Part shown: positions 55,960 to 64,000 of the stretch, piece after piece
Layout of the letters: each line of letters starts with the position of its first letter
Position numbering within the stretch: the stretch's first letter is position 1
Assembly (NCBI GenBank): GCA_031399525.1
Contig: JANNOZ010000010.1
Span: 295,132 to 359,131, forward strand
DNA length: 64,000 nucleotides
Origin: Actinomycetes bacterium
GTDB lineage: Bacteria > Actinomycetota > Acidimicrobiia > Acidimicrobiales > CADCSY01
Direction of reading: 5' to 3'
Program-made: the position numbers and the translations under genes
Notes under the pieces: generated by a model
The model's database searches: none
What the model was told of the DNA's origin: nothing
What the model saw: the letters and a program-made list of their open reading frames with translations, nothing else

Positions 55960-56104
55960 CCGTCGGGACCGTGCGACTGCATCCCTGCCCTCCGCCAAGG
56001 TCCCGGCTGCGCTCTGAACCACGAGCTGCACCGTCGGCCGGCCGGTCACCGTCCCCCACTCGGCCCCACTCAGCGGCGGTGTAGCTGAGCTCCGTCCGGT
56101 CCGG

Positions 56105-56497
56105 CTACGGCTCGATCCGATCGACCGTCGTCACCCGGTCGATCGATCGGTCGAACGACGCGATCACCCCGACACCGGTGCTCTCGGCGCATGCCACGAG
56201 GTAGGCCTCGGCGAAGTCGATGTGGACGGTCTCGTAGACCTCGATGGCCCGCAGGAGTAGTGCCGAATCGACGCACACCATCGAAGGGAACGCGATCAGC
56301 GACCGCATTGCCTCCGCCACCGTCGGGCGCGGTGCCCGATAGAACGACTCCAACACGTAGACCGTCTCGGACACGACGAGGTCCGTGAGCAACAGCTCAG
56401 TCGCCTCACGAAGGTAGGCCGTGGCCCGAACGGCAAGCTCCGGCGGATCGCCGGTGAGGTGGCGGATCAGAACGTTGGTGTCGACGAAGGCGCTCAC
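56105..56497 (-). CDS. vapC: PIN-domain toxin VapC
   Basis: Track ORF 56105..56848 trimmed to GTG 56497 (GTGA overlap with the vapB stop). VSAFVDTNVLIRHL with the acidic residues of a PIN domain. 130 aa. Confidence 0.85.
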   Translation of the reverse strand: MSAFVDTNVLIRHLTGDPPELAVRATAYLREATELLLTDLVVSETVYVLESFYRAPRPTVAEAMRSLIAFPSMVCVDSALLLRAIEVYETVHIDFAEAYLVACAESTGVGVIASFDRSIDRVTTVDRIEP

Positions 56498-56742
56498 CTT
56501 GGTGGCGCCGCCCGGGACTTCCTCGTTCGGCGGATCACCTCGTCCCACGCCACGTTCCTCCGGTCCGCCGGCACCGGCACCGACCCGGCCAGGTCCAAGA
56601 AATTCGATGTCCTGGCCAGCACCGCACGTGTTCCCTCGACTCGGAACACAACCTGGTCGCCCTCGGCGATGCCCAGAGCGTCGCGAACGGCCTTGGGCAC
56701 GGTGATCTGACCCTTCGATGTGACTCGCGCAGCAGCATCCAC
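56494..56742 (-). CDS. vapB: AbrB/MazE/SpoVT-family antitoxin VapB
   Basis: 82 aa. VTSKGQITVPKAVRDALGIAEGDQVVF swapped-hairpin motif. GTG start preceded by AAGGAG. Confidence 0.85.
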   Translation of the reverse strand: MDAAARVTSKGQITVPKAVRDALGIAEGDQVVFRVEGTRAVLARTSNFLDLAGSVPVPADRRNVAWDEVIRRTRKSRAAPPR

Positions 56743-56748
56743 GATTAC

Positions 56749-56774
56749 TCCTTACTTTCCATCCTACGTAAGGA
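56749..56774. promoter_or_regulatory. inverted repeat overlapping the vapB ribosome-binding region
   Basis: TCCTTAC (56749-55) pairs with GTAAGGA (56768-74). 12-nt spacer, in an AT-richer leader. Confidence 0.4.
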
Positions 56775-56871
56775 TAGGGTTGGGACACACTCCCGGTGCA
56801 GGGACGCAGCCCGGTGTGCTCGACTATCGGGCCGGAGTCAGTGCACATCAGTCACCAGGGGAGGCCCGACC

Positions 56872-57546
56872 ATGGGCGAGTTCGTCACCATCACAGCCAG
56901 CGACGGCCACCAGCTCGGCGCCTACCGAGCCGATCCGACCGGTTCACCCAAGGGCGGGGTCGTGATCATCCAGGAGATCTTCGGGGTCACCAGCCACATC
57001 CGCTCGGTCGTCGACGGCTACGCGGAGCACGGCTATGTCGCCATCGCCCCTGCGCTCTTCGACCGGGTCGAGCCGGGCGTCGAGCTGGCCTATGAGCCCG
57101 AGAGCATGCAGAAGGGCTTCGGGATCATGCAGCAGCTCGACCTCGACAACGTCATGGTCGACGCCCGGGCCGCGGCCGAGGCGATCAGCGACGCCGGCAG
57201 TCTCGCCCTGATCGGCTACTGCTTCGGCGGGTCGATCGCCGCTCGCTCGTCGCTGGAGATGGGCGACGTTCTCTCGGCCGCCGTCGGCTACTACGGCGGG
57301 ATGATCGAGGCCGACCCAGCCCGGCCGCCCCAGGCACCCCTCATGCTCCACTTCGGCGCCGAGGACCACGCCATCCCGCTCGAGACCGTCGATGCCATCA
57401 AGGCCGCATGGCCCGCGGTCCCGGTGTTCGTCTACGACGGCGCCGGCCACGCCTTCAACCGCCAGGGCGGTGCCAGCTACCACGAAGCGTCGGCCACCCT
57501 CGCACTCGAACGCACCCTCGGCTTCCTCGACGAGCACTTGAGCTGA
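56872..57546 (+). CDS. dienelactone hydrolase family protein
   Basis: 224 aa. GVVIIQEIFGV and GYCFGG nucleophile-elbow-like motif. SD GGGGAGG upstream. Confidence 0.88.
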   Translation: MGEFVTITASDGHQLGAYRADPTGSPKGGVVIIQEIFGVTSHIRSVVDGYAEHGYVAIAPALFDRVEPGVELAYEPESMQKGFGIMQQLDLDNVMVDARAAAEAISDAGSLALIGYCFGGSIAARSSLEMGDVLSAAVGYYGGMIEADPARPPQAPLMLHFGAEDHAIPLETVDAIKAAWPAVPVFVYDGAGHAFNRQGGASYHEASATLALERTLGFLDEHLS

Positions 57547-57562
57547 CCACAGCCGACGGACG

Positions 57563-58333
57563 TCAGCCGGAGGACGACACCGCTTCGGGCACTTCAACGC
57601 GTACCGGCGAGCCGAAGTCCCAGAGTTCGAGCTGCACCTTGTCGTAGACCTCGGTCTGCACGCGACCGTCGACCTGGGTCACGACCAGAGCCGGGTTCTC
57701 CGTGCCGATCCGACGCAGCTGTCCGCCACCATCGACCCACAGCCACAGGGTCGCCGTGGTGGCGCCGTCGAGGACAGACGTGTCGACGCCGGCGGCGGCC
57801 AGCGTCGAGAGGTCGACGGTGAGGCGGTAGCGAGTCGTCGGTATCTCTCGCACCGAGGTCGTGCCCACCTCGGTGAGTGAGTCGGTGACCTGGTCGAGCA
57901 GACCGGTCAACTCGACCAGGTCGTACTGCCAGGTCCAGAGGCGCTGAGCCGCGGTGAGCCCGGCGACAGGAACGTTCGGGCTGGTAGCCACCCAGCCTTC
58001 ACCGGTGCCGATCACCCGCTCGTAGCTCGACCCATCCACCGTCCGGAGCCGGGTCACCGGCCCGACTCGACGGCCGCCAACGCGCTCCTCGATGCTGGCC
58101 ACCAAGGAACTCTCAGCCAAGTCGACGTTGCCTCGCTCGACCAGGCGCTGGCGTTCAGACGCCGGGCCATCGCTGCCCCGCACCGCCATCAGCTGGTACG
58201 CGGCAGTGAGCCGACCGGTGAGCCGACCGATCGCGGCTGGGGTCGATTCGTCGGGTGTGCGAGCCATGGCCATGGCCGTGGTGGTCACCGCGAGGAGAAC
58301 GATCACCCCGAGGACCACACCCCAGCGAGCCAC
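57563..58333 (-). CDS. hypothetical secreted/membrane-anchored protein
   Basis: 256 aa with an N-terminal hydrophobic anchor (WGVVLGVIVLLAVTTTAMAMA). No family recognised with confidence. Confidence 0.55.
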   Translation of the reverse strand: MARWGVVLGVIVLLAVTTTAMAMARTPDESTPAAIGRLTGRLTAAYQLMAVRGSDGPASERQRLVERGNVDLAESSLVASIEERVGGRRVGPVTRLRTVDGSSYERVIGTGEGWVATSPNVPVAGLTAAQRLWTWQYDLVELTGLLDQVTDSLTEVGTTSVREIPTTRYRLTVDLSTLAAAGVDTSVLDGATTATLWLWVDGGGQLRRIGTENPALVVTQVDGRVQTEVYDKVQLELWDFGSPVRVEVPEAVSSSG

Positions 58334-58344
58334 CCCAGTCGGTT

Positions 58345-58728
58345 TCAGCGCTGCTCCCGCAGCTGATCGCGGATCTCGGTCAGCAGCTGCACCTCGGCCG
58401 ATGCTGCCTCTTCGGCCGGGGTAGCGCCCCGGCGAGCTTGAAGCGCGGTGACCAGTCGGACAACGAGGAAGACGACGAACGCCACGATCAGGAAGTTCAC
58501 GACGGCCGTGATGAACGATCCGTAGTAAATCCGCCCGTCGCCGATGTCGATGGTCAGCGCAGTGAAAGCAGGCTGACCGCCGATGGCCGCCACGATCTGC
58601 ATGACGACGTCTTTGACGAAGCTGTTGACCACAGAGATGAACGCCGCGCCGAGAACCACGGCCACGGCCAGGTCGAGGACGTTGCCTCGCATCACAAACG
58701 CTTTGAAGTCGTCGACGAAGTCCTGCAC
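58345..58728 (-). CDS. mscL: large-conductance mechanosensitive channel
   Basis: 127 aa. FKAFVMRGNVLDLAVAVVLGAAF signature. GTG start preceded by GGAGG. Confidence 0.95.
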   Translation of the reverse strand: MQDFVDDFKAFVMRGNVLDLAVAVVLGAAFISVVNSFVKDVVMQIVAAIGGQPAFTALTIDIGDGRIYYGSFITAVVNFLIVAFVVFLVVRLVTALQARRGATPAEEAASAEVQLLTEIRDQLREQR

Positions 58729-58792
58729 GGTGAACCTCCGATGTCGACAGCGGGCGCCTCGACCGCCCGCACGCTAGGGGTCGGCGCCGAAC

Positions 58793-59278
58793 TCAGTCGA
58801 CCAGGTCGGGGCCGACCTGCCCGGTCCGCCAGAACTGCGAGCGGCGAACGGGTTCGGCCAGGCCGAAACGACGCCACGCCCACACCAACATGGCTGCTCC
58901 GGCCAGTTCCAGGGCCAGGTTCCACCATCCACGGGCCACCACCGGCAGTTGGCCATCGGCCAACCCGACGCCCGACGCCGGCCACCAGAACACCTCGGTG
59001 TCAGCCCACGCTGCATCGAACACCAGGTGGAGGAAGAGCCCGAAGCACAACGCAAGCAGCGACCGGCGCAGCTGGCGTCGGCCCTGAGAGGCCGCCATGG
59101 CCACGACGAGCACGGCCGCACATCCGGCGACGCTGTGAAGCACTCCGGGGCCCCCGATCAGCCCGTCGACCAGGTCGGCCAGCAGCGCCCCGACGATCAG
59201 GAATCGATAGTCGAAGCTCGGATCGCGCAGCACCAACCAAATAGCGACGACCGCGGTCCCGGCGAACCAGAGCACCAC
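58793..59278 (-). CDS. membrane-bound metal-dependent hydrolase family (YdjM/DUF457-like)
   Basis: Trimmed to GTG 59278, directly after the upstream stop. Multi-TM with conserved His/Asp (LADLVD, HS, FLHLVFD). Confidence 0.55.
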   Translation of the reverse strand: MVLWFAGTAVVAIWLVLRDPSFDYRFLIVGALLADLVDGLIGGPGVLHSVAGCAAVLVVAMAASQGRRQLRRSLLALCFGLFLHLVFDAAWADTEVFWWPASGVGLADGQLPVVARGWWNLALELAGAAMLVWAWRRFGLAEPVRRSQFWRTGQVGPDLVD

Positions 59279-59279
59279 G

Positions 59280-60032
59280 TCAGCGAACCAAAATGCGACC
59301 GCACTCCTCGTGGTGCACGACGGCATCGACGGGGGCGCGACGGGCTCGGCTCAGCTCACTGGCCGGCAGGCTCAGGTGGCAACCGAGACAGCGGTCGCCC
59401 TCGAGTCGGGCCACGGCCACACCATCGAGGCGGGGACGCAGGCGGTCGTACTGAGCCAGTAGCTCGGTGGGCACGGCGTCGACCACCTCGGCCCGCCGGG
59501 CCATCACCGCCCCCAACTCGTCATCGATGATCACCTCGGCTTCAGCAATGGCCGCGTCGAGAGCGCCGGCGTCGGCCTCCAAGGCCGCTCGGTCACCGGC
59601 CAGGCGAGCTTCCTCGGCGGCCAGCGGTTCGACCTGCTCCATCACCTCCAGGACCCGGTCCTCGATCTCGACCACGTGACGGCGCAACGACGCCAGCTCG
59701 CCTTGAATGGCTTCGAGCTCGCGGGGCGAGGTGACGGTGCCCGAGTAGAGGCGACGGTCCTCGGCCTCGACTTTCACGACCAGCGACGCAGCTTCGTCCT
59801 CGAGGCGCCCCTGAGTTCTGCGCAGCTCGGCCAGGGCCGCTCGACACACCCCGAGCGCCTCGTCAACCTGGGCCATGGACACGCCGACCTGACGACGCGA
59901 GGCCCGCGCTGGTAAGTCGGCTCGCCGTCGGACCAGTTGGTCGGCCTGGATGTCCAACTGCTGGACCTCGAGGAGTCGCTCCTGGTTCGGGTCGCCCATC
60001 GGCTCAGTCTGGCGGACATCCGCGTATGGCAC
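59280..60032 (-). CDS. DUF164-type coiled-coil protein with C4 zinc ribbon
   Basis: 250 aa. Long coiled coil followed by CLGCHLSL...HHEECGRIL. The start is either GTG 60032 or ATG 59999. Confidence 0.75.
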   Translation of the reverse strand: MPYADVRQTEPMGDPNQERLLEVQQLDIQADQLVRRRADLPARASRRQVGVSMAQVDEALGVCRAALAELRRTQGRLEDEAASLVVKVEAEDRRLYSGTVTSPRELEAIQGELASLRRHVVEIEDRVLEVMEQVEPLAAEEARLAGDRAALEADAGALDAAIAEAEVIIDDELGAVMARRAEVVDAVPTELLAQYDRLRPRLDGVAVARLEGDRCLGCHLSLPASELSRARRAPVDAVVHHEECGRILVR

Positions 60033-60080
60033 TCGATCACTCGTTACGGTGTCCCGCCGCGGGTGGGGGGAGGTCAGACG

Positions 60081-60272
60081 GTGTACGCCGTAGTCGGATC
60101 ATTTCTCGCGCTGAACGTGGGCTTCGTGCTCGGCTGCTGGTGGGCCACACGACGACACCACACCCACGCCGCCGCCGCCGAGCGGTCCGCCATCGATCTG
60201 CGTGATGGCGAGTCGGCCCCGGTGCTCCACTTGAGCCCGAGGGCCCGCATCGCCCACCGGGGCGGCCGCTAG
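60081..60272 (+). CDS. hypothetical small membrane protein
   Basis: GTG 60081 preceded by GGGAGG 7 nt upstream. 63 aa with one TM (VYAVVGSFLALNVGFVLGCWW). Weak call. Confidence 0.3.
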   Translation: MYAVVGSFLALNVGFVLGCWWATRRHHTHAAAAERSAIDLRDGESAPVLHLSPRARIAHRGGR

Positions 60273-60310
60273 TCCCGAGGCCGCCCGAGGCCGGTGGGCC
60301 GGCCTCGGGT

Positions 60311-62479
60311 TCAGACCTTCGAGCTCTCCTCGGCCAGCATGGCCTTGAGCTCGGCCTCGACGGCATCGGCGCCCTCGATGTGGACCTCAGGCAGGATGCG
60401 CCCGAGCCACGACGGCATCCACCAGTTGGCGTCGCCCAGCAGCTCCATGGTCGAGGGCACCAGGATCATGCGCACGATCGTGGCGTCGACGAAGACCGCG
60501 GTGGCCAGACCCAAGCCGATCTGTTTGATGAACACGTTCGGGTCGAAGATGAACACGCCGAACACGAAGACCATGATCGCCGCGGCGGCGGTGATGACCC
60601 GAGCGGTCGAGGCCAGGCCGTCGGCCACGGACTGACTGTTGTCACCGGTACGCAGGTACTCCTCGCGGATGCGGGAGAGCAGGAACACCTCGTAGTCCAT
60701 CGACAGCCCGAAGAGGATGGCGAACATGATCATCGGGATGAACGCCGGCACCGGAGTCTCGGGGATGTCGAGCAGTTCACCCAACCACGATCCGTTGACG
60801 GCGTAGGACATCACGCCGTACGCGGCGGCGATCGACAGCAGGTTCATGATCGCTGCCTTGAGCGCCACCAGCGGCGAGCGGAACACCGTCATCAACAGCA
60901 GGAACGACAGCAGCACGACCGAGCCGATGAAGATCGGCAGGCGGTTGGAGATGTAGTTGCTCTGGTCGATCGAGACGGCGGTGAACCCGCCGACCTTGAC
61001 CACCACTCCCGAGTCGGCCACCGCAGTGGGGATGACGTCGTTGCGAAGGGTCTGTACCAGTTCCTCGGTCTCGACCGACTGGGGGCTCGTCTTCGGGTTC
61101 ACCGTGATGATCGCCGCGTCGCCACTGTCGTTGAGCGAGGCCGGCGACACGGAGGCCACATCGGCGTCGGCCACCGCCGACTCGAGCGTGCTCAGCGTGG
61201 CCTCGGGATCGCTGGCCTCGGACAGATCGGCGACCAGCAGCAACGGCCCGTTGTAGCCGGGACCGAAGCCCTCGGTGAGCAGGTCATAGGCCTGGCGGGC
61301 GGTCTGGTCGGTGGGGCTGTTGCCGTCGTCGGGGAAGCCGAAACGCAGGTCGAAGAGAGGAATGGTGAGGACCAGCAGCACGGCGGCACCACCGATGAAA
61401 GCCCACCAGGGACGACGCTGGACGACGCGGCTCCACCGGTACCAGAAGGAGTGCTCACCCTGGCGCTCGGGGCGTCCGGTGAACGGCACCCGAAGGCGGT
61501 CGATGGTCTGGCCCACGAACCCGAACATGGCCGGCAACAAGGTCAGCGAGGCGGCCAGCATCACCAGCACGGCGATCACCGCCGAGGCGGCCACCCCGTG
61601 GAGGTAGGACAACCCCATGGTGAGCATCCCGAGCAGGGAGATGATCACCGTCCCGCCGGCAAAGAGCACGGCCCGGCCGGCGGTACCCATGGCCGTCGCG
61701 GTGGCCTCCCGGGGGTCCAGCCCCGAGTGGAGGCTGGTGCGGTAGCGGGTCACGATGAACAGCGCGTAGTCGATGCCCACCCCGAGGCCGATCATGACGG
61801 CGACCGTGCTGGCCCACTCCGGGGTCTCCACGACGTTGCTGGCCACCACACCGAGCGTGGCGCCCATGCCCAAGCCGAACAGCGCGGTGAGCAGGGGCAA
61901 TCCCATGGCCAGCACCGACCCGAAAGCCAGCAGGAGGATGAAGGCGGCGAAGATCAGGCCCAGGGCCTCCGAACCAATCTCGCCTTCCACCACCAGACTC
62001 GACACCTCGACCTGGAGAGTGTCGGTGTTGGCCGCCTCGACCAGGTCGACGATCGCTTCGTTGTCCTCCACCGGCACGTTCTCGAACGTGGTGTCGAAGT
62101 TGAGCTGGGCGTAGGCGATGTCGCCGCCCTCGGATACCTGGCGGGCTCCCTCAGCGCTGTATGGGCTGACGACGCTGGCCACATGAGGCTCGGCTTCGAG
62201 CTCGGCGATCAGCGACTCGATGGCCGCCTCCACCTCGGGCTGGTCGACCCCGCCGTCGGCCTTGAACACGACCTTGACCGAGTCGCCGCCCTGGGTCTCG
62301 AAGCGCTCTCCGAGCAAGGCATACGCGGCCGACGACTCGGCCCCGGGGGTCTGGTAGTTGGCCCGGTACTCCGCCGGGAAGGCGCCCCCGAGGGCGAATA
62401 CGCCGAAGAGAGAGATGATCCAACCCAGTAGGACCAACCGTCGGCGGCGATAGCACAAGTCGGCCAACTTGATCAGCAT
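60311..62479 (-). CDS. MMPL-family RND transporter
   Basis: 722 aa with two 6-TM bundles and two periplasmic domains. Typical MMPL N-terminus LADLCYRRRRLVLLGW. Confidence 0.92.
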   Translation of the reverse strand: MLIKLADLCYRRRRLVLLGWIISLFGVFALGGAFPAEYRANYQTPGAESSAAYALLGERFETQGGDSVKVVFKADGGVDQPEVEAAIESLIAELEAEPHVASVVSPYSAEGARQVSEGGDIAYAQLNFDTTFENVPVEDNEAIVDLVEAANTDTLQVEVSSLVVEGEIGSEALGLIFAAFILLLAFGSVLAMGLPLLTALFGLGMGATLGVVASNVVETPEWASTVAVMIGLGVGIDYALFIVTRYRTSLHSGLDPREATATAMGTAGRAVLFAGGTVIISLLGMLTMGLSYLHGVAASAVIAVLVMLAASLTLLPAMFGFVGQTIDRLRVPFTGRPERQGEHSFWYRWSRVVQRRPWWAFIGGAAVLLVLTIPLFDLRFGFPDDGNSPTDQTARQAYDLLTEGFGPGYNGPLLLVADLSEASDPEATLSTLESAVADADVASVSPASLNDSGDAAIITVNPKTSPQSVETEELVQTLRNDVIPTAVADSGVVVKVGGFTAVSIDQSNYISNRLPIFIGSVVLLSFLLLMTVFRSPLVALKAAIMNLLSIAAAYGVMSYAVNGSWLGELLDIPETPVPAFIPMIMFAILFGLSMDYEVFLLSRIREEYLRTGDNSQSVADGLASTARVITAAAAIMVFVFGVFIFDPNVFIKQIGLGLATAVFVDATIVRMILVPSTMELLGDANWWMPSWLGRILPEVHIEGADAVEAELKAMLAEESSKV

Positions 62480-62597
62480 GAGAACCCTCGAATCGGGGTA
62501 GGGACGGTCGTGACCACCGAAGCCGTTCGAGGCCCAGAGGCAGCCGCTAACGTCTTACGCGCTAAGATTCTTGGCACTCTAAGCAGGAGCCAGAACC

Positions 62598-63104
62598 GTG
62601 TCAACCACGCCGACGCCGTCCGATACCGCAGCCCGCGCCCTCGATCGAACGACGCTCTTGGCGTCGCTCAGTCAGGACATGGGCCGTGACCTCAGCACGG
62701 CCATGGTCATGTACGTCGACGCGGTCGCTGACCAGATCGGCATCAACGTGACCGACCTCAACTGCCTCGACCTACTCGGGCGCGAGGGGCGTCTCACCGC
62801 CGGCCGGATGGCCGAGCTGACCGGTCTCACCACCGGGGCCATCACCGCCGTGATCGACCGGCTCGAGGCTGCCGGGTACGCCACTCGCTCTCGGGACGAC
62901 GACGATCGTCGCCGGGTCTATGTCGAGCCCACAACCAAGGAGGGGGCCGGCATCCTCTACGCCGACCTCTGTCAGGCGTGGACCAGCCTGCTCGACCGCT
63001 ATGACGACCGAGAGCTGGTCGTTCTCCACGAGTTCCTGGCGTCGAGCATCACCATGCTCGAGCTCGAGACGACCAAGCTCCGAGCGCTCAACGCAGCAGG
63101 GTGA
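62598..63104 (+). CDS. MarR-family transcriptional regulator
   Basis: 168 aa. wHTH LTAGRMAELTGLTTGAITAVIDRLEAAGYATRSRDDDDRRRVYV. Divergent from the MMPL gene. Confidence 0.88.
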   Translation: MSTTPTPSDTAARALDRTTLLASLSQDMGRDLSTAMVMYVDAVADQIGINVTDLNCLDLLGREGRLTAGRMAELTGLTTGAITAVIDRLEAAGYATRSRDDDDRRRVYVEPTTKEGAGILYADLCQAWTSLLDRYDDRELVVLHEFLASSITMLELETTKLRALNAAG

Positions 63105-63984
63105 TCAACACGGTCAGGGTCACCGTGCTCAACAACGTGGAGAGCACCACGGCGCGAACGGCGAGATCGGGTCGGGCGCCGAGCTGACTGGTCAACACGG
63201 TCGCCATGACGGCGGTGGGCATCCCGGCCATCATCACCGACGTGCGGCCAGTCACGCCGTCGAGACCGAGGAGCATCACCGCCGGCCACGCGACCAGGGG
63301 TCCGATCAGCAGCCGGTTCACGCTGGCGGCCAACGGTTCGGCCAGATCGTCGAGGCGAGGGCGGCGGTACTGGAGACCGAGCACGACCAACATGCACGGG
63401 ATGGAGGCCGCCGCCAGCGTGGTGATCGACTCGTCCAGCAACGTCGGCAGGTCGATGTTCGCCACGTTCACCAACGCCCCGAGCAGCGCGGCGTACATCG
63501 ACGGATACCGGAAGGGGGCGGTCAGCGCCGCTCGGCGGTTGCCGGTCGCCATCGAGCCGATGGCGATTCCGGCCGAGGACCACAGGAAGGTCCCGAACAC
63601 GAAGATGACCGTGGCGATGCTCAGGCCGACCTCGCCGAAAGCCAGACGAGCCATGGGCAAACCCATGTTTCCCTGATTGACGACACAGGCGTTGATGGCT
63701 GCCGCCGCAGTGGTGGGACGATCCGATCCCCGTGCTCGTGACCATGCGTAGGCCACGACGACGTTCACCACGAACACGACGATGGCGACCAGGCACAGCC
63801 GGGCGATGTCACCCCCGGCCAGCTGGACCGTGGCCACGTTGGCAAAGATCAGCGCCGGGCTGAACAGGTAGAAGACCGCGGCCGAGAAGGTCTCGACCGA
63901 GAAGTCGAGGCGCCGGCCCACGACCCCTCCCACCACGGCCACGAGCAGCACGGGCAGGACCACGGAGACCAGGACGTCGAGCAC
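63088..63984 (-). CDS. AEC (auxin efflux carrier) family transporter
   Basis: 298 aa with about 10 TM helices. N-terminal pattern MLDVLVSVVLPVLLVAVVG...FYLFSPALIF. The 3' end overlaps the marR end by 17 nt. Confidence 0.85.
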   Translation of the reverse strand: MLDVLVSVVLPVLLVAVVGGVVGRRLDFSVETFSAAVFYLFSPALIFANVATVQLAGGDIARLCLVAIVVFVVNVVVAYAWSRARGSDRPTTAAAAINACVVNQGNMGLPMARLAFGEVGLSIATVIFVFGTFLWSSAGIAIGSMATGNRRAALTAPFRYPSMYAALLGALVNVANIDLPTLLDESITTLAAASIPCMLVVLGLQYRRPRLDDLAEPLAASVNRLLIGPLVAWPAVMLLGLDGVTGRTSVMMAGMPTAVMATVLTSQLGARPDLAVRAVVLSTLLSTVTLTVLITLLR

Positions 63985-64000
63985 GGGCCGCCCATGGTGA

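Noticed and set aside
60380-62431. 683-aa plus-strand ORF opposite the MMPL gene
   Set aside because: Antisense artefact. The translation is dominated by H/R/D/G/E runs and has no TM pattern. The minus strand encodes a textbook MMPL protein.

Overview
Very GC-rich chromosomal segment with the gene content and synteny of an Actinomycetota genome (mtrAB, MMPL, polyprenol-P-mannose synthase, PIM-type GT4, DinB/mycothiol-type proteins, DUF3040, DUF164). A deep-branching class such as Acidimicrobiia is plausible, but that is inference only. About 70 protein genes are packed tightly, and many junctions are ATGA/GTGA/TGATG stop-start overlaps. Many long ORFs in the six-frame track are antisense or out-of-frame artefacts of the GC content. 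Several track ORFs were trimmed to internal starts using stop-start coupling or Shine-Dalgarno (SD) evidence. Main blocks: (1) 1.0-10.2 kb, minus strand: division/cell-wall cluster mraZ-rsmH-ftsL-ftsI-murE-mraY-murD-ftsW, with no murF and nothing after ftsW. (2) 10.4-23.4 kb: housekeeping genes, including MoxR-DUF58-transglutaminase, dinB and ppm1. (3) 24.3-26.6 kb: mtrA-mtrB followed by only a 50-codon lipoprotein stub where lpqB is expected. (4) 26.8-47.4 kb: metabolism and regulators (pfkA, two ROK kinases, queG, trpD, an FGGY kinase, IclR, an ArsR operon), plus an eRF1/Pelota-like 'baeRF' gene. (5) 47.5-54.4 kb: a five-gene plus-strand operon, nurA-herA-mre11-rad50-tyrosine phosphatase. 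This archaeal-type end-resection module in a bacterial setting is the most interesting system in the window. (6) 54.46-54.83 kb: RNase P RNA, followed directly by a ~1.2 kb cassette carrying the Fic-type 'mobile mystery protein A/B' pair. The cassette is bracketed by a 14-bp direct repeat of the rnpB 3' end. A VapBC module follows. (7) 56.9-64.0 kb: dienelactone hydrolase, mscL, DUF164, and MMPL with a divergent MarR, then an AEC transporter. No rRNA, tRNA or CRISPR array was recognised.
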